Shown: positions 63,501-64,000 of the stretch, in pieces
How positions within the stretch are numbered: the first letter of the stretch is position 1
How the letters are laid out: each line of letters opens with the position of its first letter
NCBI GenBank assembly: GCA_944387505.1
Contig: CALXFG010000002.1
Location: 3,011 to 67,010 of the forward strand
Direction of reading: 5' to 3'
Source of the DNA: an uncultured Clostridia bacterium
Lineage (GTDB): Bacteria > Bacillota > Clostridia > TANB77 > CAG-508
Length of the DNA: 64,000 bases
Program-made: the position numbers and the translations under genes
Notes under the pieces: model-generated
What the model was told of the DNA's origin: nothing
What the model saw: only the letters and a program-made list of their open reading frames with translations
Database searches by the model: none

Positions 63501-64000
63501 TGTTGCCTTATTGGTATTTCCAGACTTGTCTGTTGCCGTACCCTCTGCAATTTGGATCTTAATTTGATTGCTATTAAAGTTCAAACCATCTCCACTTAAG
63601 GTAATGGTGTATTGGTCTCCAATCACATCTTGTCCGTCTGTTGTAGAAGCTGCTGATTTTGTTCCTACATTAATAGAAATGTTATCTTTTGAAACTTCTG
63701 CTCCATTTATTAGCACTTTAATATTATCAGCCGTTAAATTACTATTTGCGAAATATTTATCTGTCACTTTTACAGTTGCAGTTGCTGTCTTGTTATTTAC
63801 ATCAACTGATGAGCTTACTTTCTCCCATACTGGGTCTACTACATCGACTACAGTTGCCTCTCCTGGGTCACCAGCTAAAATGTTCAATCCTGATGTAATG
63901 GTTGTTGCAACATTTCCATGTCCTGTTGTATCCATGATTTTATTTGCTGGAATGGCTACTGTAATGATACCACTGTAATCCATGGTTTCTTTGCCTTCAA
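48525..64000 (-). CDS. Giant surface protein, >5152 aa. The 5' end lies beyond the right edge. It has Ig-like domains, two DUF285/BspA-type leucine-rich repeat blocks, a long GG-rich parallel beta-helix region and an uncharacterised C-terminal ~850 aa. There is no LPXTG.
   Basis: One frame is open from 48525 to the window edge. DUF285-like units: NMFYNTGYTAMTSLDLGDHFDTSNVTDMSYMF. Beta-helix units: IYGGSKGDGTVTTSNIYL, VFGGGNSAGVGTANVNL. The C-terminus ...TIRKSFIVVP has no sorting signal. Confidence 0.9.
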   Translation of the reverse strand, partial: EGKETMDYSGIITVAIPANKIMDTTGHGNVATTITSGLNILAGDPGEATVVDVVDPVWEKVSSSVDVNNKTATATVKVTDKYFANSNLTADNIKVLINGAEVSKDNISINVGTKSAASTTDGQDVIGDQYTITLSGDGLNFNSNQIKIQIAEGTATDKSGNTNKATDIILYNTLRNTSTETDTTSAFLGNTNIQRQNVDNVTFVDNIPSDVYDFSAKAYVDDTAWDVSAQGDNSIIAWSEPSANGTVKVYIGSNDEIFGNVDSSYLFSYIGYSENCTSTETITNIGLLNVSNITNMSNMFYNTGYTAMTSLDLGDHFDTSNVTDMSYMFENTGYTAMTSLDLGDNFDTSNVTNMECMFAKTGYTAMTSLDLGENFDTSKVTRMNNMFDSTGETEMTTLNLGDKFDTSNVITMTYMFEQCGRNKLTNLDLGDKFDTGNVTNMSYMFSATGYSSMTSLDLGDKFDTSAVTDMSYMFQSTGCISMKTLDLGDKFDTSSVTDMSFMFRYTGETSSMTSLDLGPAFTNIASTHTGMFDKTGEQGKIVIQAPEAIYQNSTNFKLNTSSSTTIEFTNGTINPKYRTEWLKERAQIDETDANNPKLNITLRGTTNQEVDPAEYISDVTSTLTSNDIKVFIDDTEITDVVTKTVGTATQTPNTRTGAQDVLQIVTLSNFEEAVRRTGIPYKEWSGNIRVEVAQGSLSDTTGPADEEGNRTTYGNSNMEVASADTQTGATTGAGAVTEIGARIDNIIEDTTKVDKNTDNTMFTDFINPEFTYRSQDTEIIHGDEEKVTIVFDVVDKFFESTTLSNLDASQITVQIDDYDVTELNNAITKELTKVQDITGTVEGVENTKIGERYQLVITGLDQEDADGNGDGYTYSGYMTLSFAQGAVTDKSGNISPAKSISIGKDDPGGQDGDEEVVDVVDPIWTLGDVDRDNGIIKLRVKDKFLNKDESSFDLTIDDITITVNGQVSTEVGKQLSEPVEIIPNEEYEYTLTLTDIVPEVEGYTEFTPVEPIVGGTAQYKNENGGHVLIEIAAGVVTDQYDNTTNKQEFDLGNIDGTGPEVYDVQKTQDAENGKETIVFNVTDKNYYEGDTVTLDEITTWMDGVSIDDQVIRNLVSTVPIKANVNGEIQVLGHQYTLEISQIVETDEEFIGSGRDYRELSGNLEVRIDPNASRDIRGNKINEETTTITDFVDFIKPEVRYTYNTSDIDYDGKTFTMEFNIVDKYYNTGTLTIDDLNILIDGEEPNWDDTGVHGVVRELTEQDITGTVNGTNKVVGKRYTLKLSHLEQLEKLQGKETMDYSGIITVAIPANKITDTTGNGNNATTITSGLNILAGDPGEATVVDVVDPIWEKVSSSVDVNAKTATAVVRTTDKFFASSNLTANNIKVLVNGAEVSTANISVNVEGKTTAYASNGTDVIGDQYTITLSGDGLDYLNCNQIKIQIAEGVATDQSGNGNKATDIILYNTLVSAASDIEYTGVSETGQNIYDTLAFLGNTNIERENIDNITFVDNIPSDVYDVATKEYVDSTAWDVSAQKDNSIIAWYDTNANGTYKMYIGSNDEIFGNVDSTYLFAFIGYGENCTSTETITNIGLLNVSNVTNMNRMFSRTGYTAMTSLDLGDHFDTSNVTDMMGMFGYTGRTAMTSLDLGDKFDTSNVTDMNYMFSNTGYTKMTSLNLGNNFDTSHVTVMIGMFDYTGYTSMTSLDLGDKFDTSNVTNMSRMFYSTGSTAMTSLELGDKFDTNNVKDMNRMFGYTGYTSMTTLDLGDKFDTSNVIDMYEMFYATGRQSMTSLDLGDKFDTRNVTNMYRMFYRTGYTSMTTLDLGPAFIQIPDGNVEVKVTVDGIIQTETHLAYEYTFGETGKSGEIIIQAPESIYNDRTHFKLNTDSSTTIGWTDNTGADTTTYGTINPKYKPEWQKVSSSINEETKEVSIVVKGQVDPSVYTSNVNGQFPEGELTGEQANLLNVYIDGELAEDITKSISAVTETTDGTTGMKSVQYTITLSNFEEALRQVGKNFKEWSGNIALQLAKGTLIDDYGNKNMEAMDTEHTQGPDGEEFEWINIELKDADTDRNTDGTMFADYIKPEFTYETYDTTIDYDQKNVNIIFDVTDKYFESTTLTQDMITITVDETQLPEDATITKTLSKVTLDADVVDGNITYKANGDIYYTVDGVEKKVGERYQLLVEGLESENGEGYSGPMSLSFPAGIVTDTSGNQNNAKTITLGIDEPENPDHPDHNEEMIVDVVNPLWEYLTSSIDRENETVTVTILGTDKYYQENTLTTDKIHVYLTDSETPDEEVTTISKNLVKVDPASQEYTQLLTQAQGKGLDNIGVIYKLTLGDYGELSGATKVVLDAGTITDISGNTNIETEIPVGNPEWVEEGDDPENPIYTAFRNNIVDFISPKIKYTYSDVANAENPDIDYEAKTLTVKFTVTDKYIRENAIMNPDGTMNAENIRIKVAGTDLTDQLHTTVTSSEIPNGTEYTFVVSNFELVYNEENKYQDYSGAVDFVFAGGKVDDTSGNKNTATTITLDYDDGDDTDNPVIVDVIDPLVEKTEDNLSILNANNGITRDLDTETGSVSVRIRATDKYLGQTTLQDAENVAKMKVKVVKPDGETVYPDTIVKQVAQVSKTATAVIYQIDLSNFEDNQGITSIIIPEGVITDQYGNTNKETEILVGNATWVEPGDANGEYTAFKNSIVDFTRPVWEYADSSITRDRDGETGTVTVKILGHDDYYLKDTLTADNINVYVDNAEDPEAPITTITKQLTKITDETELNGADTGYTLTLGNFGTYDGAVKIEIAENTMRDTSGIGNKVTQIPVGNPNWVETDVGDSADNPKYTAFRNNIVDFIKPTITYKYAEGTNPVIDQENKQVTIYFEAVDTNFLESDILTADDIKQILVDGMDVTNTLTKELTSSDIPEDEGNGVRYTLKLSNFELPENLENEIFRRHSGKIEFVIAENKVRDTSGNANIETKIVVDNDDGDDENNYIIADFINPKLFYKDKFISYAERYATVTISGTDRFYDFNTTLAPEDISIYELNRDGEYIQRTDLPITITPVRNAYGYDFVIRLDEFEEEFKQLKISIPAGKISDTEGHSNEATDIYVDLDNKKPVWRYEQADTSEFESNGKISFTVKGKDTFLVPEESNLEAGDIRIIKDGVDITNADNITVQPVGEDANEISKTYQIDVTGLTEIGTYSLVIAKDTLVDEFDNYSNATTISFSKSAISSNTENYTNVTYHVTPDFEQMHQSYVHELMNVTSSGTNEGSSVYRASSIGEIYGNGDNNLFAEPFKYENGEQTAYSFAGWAEADERGVALENGKVYDLYTDIPNTVTNLRAVWQEATVIFVSSNGNNTNNGLSPTTPVQNLTTAYSKLNASGNATNNMIVIMDAIEWNSSERLVGNATITSLYAGVDYRTSGAELKVSSNMDVQGDITFDNIKLYADSTNVSDGSDYLATGNYSNILITNYGDVTLGRGISTPEGKYTFGSVVGGNYKEEETTGTIGNHRVIVEAGKYNDIIAGSSLDFAGQTSKEKYVSHEVIIGTMKESAIARNDKLEITGYLAMGELEDRCYPYNANGAQDTTSGYSRNYAVTTILSGTFTGENKFHRASEDAVMYLRSINGFNDGVSQLDMYGGNITGNIYGGARMATTKDSSTEEEPLANRLYFYGGQINGNVFGHGGNDTSTGSASINLQGALQITGNIYGGSNATTTAQGKVTGSTYINVNSAITVNGNIYGGSNGVIDGTNINLNTGLITGNTNIVLNNGAIITGDIYGGGNNCGVTNNATGEITTSSTITIDNGQVMGTIYGGAYQNQVREEALIQILGGIVNDIYGGNHLTTQAQLNADTSNQDVQIIIGNYYGDDTVKPTINGTIYGSGIYDRVGTVDIQLNYCTTAPTIYGGSDGAGITNQVNISLVGMTAGTIYGGSKGDGTVTTSNIYLVTGTVTDVYGGGYGGTTTTANIYLGDEESGTANVTNIYGGSNTNGTVGTSNVNLSMGNVTNVFGGGNSAGVGTANVNLDGITIDTIFGGSKNAGVTTNTNVQLNSGTVNNVFGGGYDVGVTNANVTQNGATVTNIFGGNQGGTGDGGETTNATINIEGTTAQNIYGGNKIKGITRNTTINIKGNATINGELYGGGLGTDIGRNNAVGSTTINITGGTIKNDINGGSKNSTVYGTTNINIGKDAVTDQSFTAGNIVINGNIYGSGDSDNEDYNTVSVYGETHILMDNSTESPITFSGRIFGAGKDATYSSTASDGTDKSTVMIKDFGTSSQSYTMTSIERTGKVTIDNSYLELIGAQDKNNYYQKTSYTLNRITNGLALQNNTTLYTQRGFNMVGGFESLLTNADGSTTKETATIADGSVTRNVDNRIYTFEGVNLIFAKAEGDLSDRNSEDIWGDVNGMAFFGMYRHNRTTGNKEYDIYAPDYAGAATTNMFAAGTYIEGRHKSNHDITVDGFYTNVVSDGSTTATPQVIEVTDYGTYYDWIVGAQIVNYNTQVIASIFGTESTAELTLDFNSFVDNAIYNGTTFSVDRITSNALNTDVNLINKLQIPIYSENANNTFGLTMQTSNSGWQQSGETNIYTDGDGSFDGDTVFKTDNSNTAGTLLFKIFSSVNISETKDLGYVNIVLTGKAKSGEDASMGNTFKVVIAVNLQTEQTPNIENYIPTFTNSSKTKLSYTTDSQVDITYVLYKEVHGGQSDFYANGDYRVLSTTMPLPQGTGITIRDYGQGDNLNKVYYYQVASDTDYDATDNTSGTTRYLYNLSDFVEMGGTATTDKYANNNSLYYHDIEPNFGYALEKYDVSIDFKDSNISADQLGQETYLELRNQSGAVKYDNGDTQIVYDLYNKNAIMTETVTTNDGKTAYSVYNNLAIPFTFNASIIEQTTSEGETIKDTKYYDKYTGMAVEIVDEHGERIKAPAVQNLRVIDQTTSTVYGVGADGVIRIPLSAGLSTIQNQYQLALSQNSVPAGVYIAKIYFFASDDGSHYGGEVKQEQEIRITFINKLLGLAGVESVDGSRIINKTTRMNLVGGDGLDLNVKVGSPTDETNIRVELYKRNDTYTSAEDGTSSYNPIEYTPVDLKDYLENLDGTEWKTPEDYEGQGLVTADGCKEYVIMEKKQHPTVTEGENIENIEFKKAIKEGISTGEYKIVFKAYYNNTLIQTIRKSFIVVP
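58500..59230 (-). repeat. DUF285/BspA-type LRR block 2 (about 9 units)
   Basis: Same consensus as block 1, one duplication period downstream in the protein. Coordinates are approximate. Confidence 0.75.
62438..63128 (-). repeat. DUF285/BspA-type LRR block 1 (about 9 units of ~26 aa)
   Basis: Repeated consensus: (T/S)G(Y)T(A/S)MTSLDLGD(K/H/N)FDTSNVT(N/D)M(S)YMF. Confidence 0.8.

Larger units (their letters stand above)
56238..63983. repeat. Diverged tandem duplication of a 3873-bp (1291-codon) module inside the giant gene
   Basis: The protein segment MDYSGIITVAIPANKI.DTTG.GN.ATTITSGLNILAGDPGEATVVDVVDP.WEKVSSSVDVN recurs 1291 aa later. The antisense ORFs 59731-60105 and 63604-63978 are near-identical at an offset of 3873. 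Similarity decays but remains recognisable through the LRR block and beyond. Confidence 0.8.

Overview
AT-rich (about 30% GC by eye, not computed) chromosomal segment from a spore-forming, low-GC Firmicute (Clostridia/Erysipelotrichia-like; inferred from gene content only). It has three parts.

(1) 1-6260, minus strand: a sortase locus with an LPXTG protein, a sortase, and the 5' part of a very large DUF11/CnaB adhesin. The adhesin runs off the left edge, so it is missing from the ORF track. It contains five 267-bp tandem repeats.

(2) 6.6-28.3 kb: housekeeping genes. These are a cysteine-synthase-like gene, a U32 peptidase, a RelA/SpoT-domain protein, a YrrM/TrmR-like O-methyltransferase, Nudix, typA, plsC, cmk, a transglutaminase-like protein, a gerA/B/C germinant-receptor operon, rnr, secG, ldh and a DUF4364 gene. 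There is also a promoter-plus-terminator-bounded candidate sRNA and a duplicated small-ORF cassette.

(3) 28.4-64 kb, all minus strand and tightly packed: an unusual super-locus.
- Five SipW-type (S26B) signal-peptidase paralogs. Three carry long acidic plus K/T-rich disordered tails, and one appears catalytically degenerate.
- About eight TasA/camelysin-like proteins with SipW-cognate-like signal peptides, falling into four paralog pairs. One is fused to an FGE-sulfatase domain.
- A membrane-anchored McrB-type AAA+ NTPase with uncharacterised helical partners.
- A >5152-aa surface protein (DUF285/BspA-type LRR blocks, Ig-like domains, GG-rich beta-helix) that runs off the right edge.

I consider part (3) the best candidate for an undescribed surface-fibre assembly or secretion system.

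Across the whole window there are more than 35 copies of a ~31-nt palindromic REP-like element (core TGTCCCATTGAGATCGTTTTTCTGTGGGACA, plus co-varying variants), mostly in intergenic tandem arrays. A REP-associated tyrosine transposase (RAYT, IS200/Y1 family) at 46273-47046 is flanked by oppositely oriented REP arrays. These REPs create false N-terminal extensions in several six-frame ORFs, so I trimmed those starts.

All domain calls come from motif recognition by eye; no searches were run.
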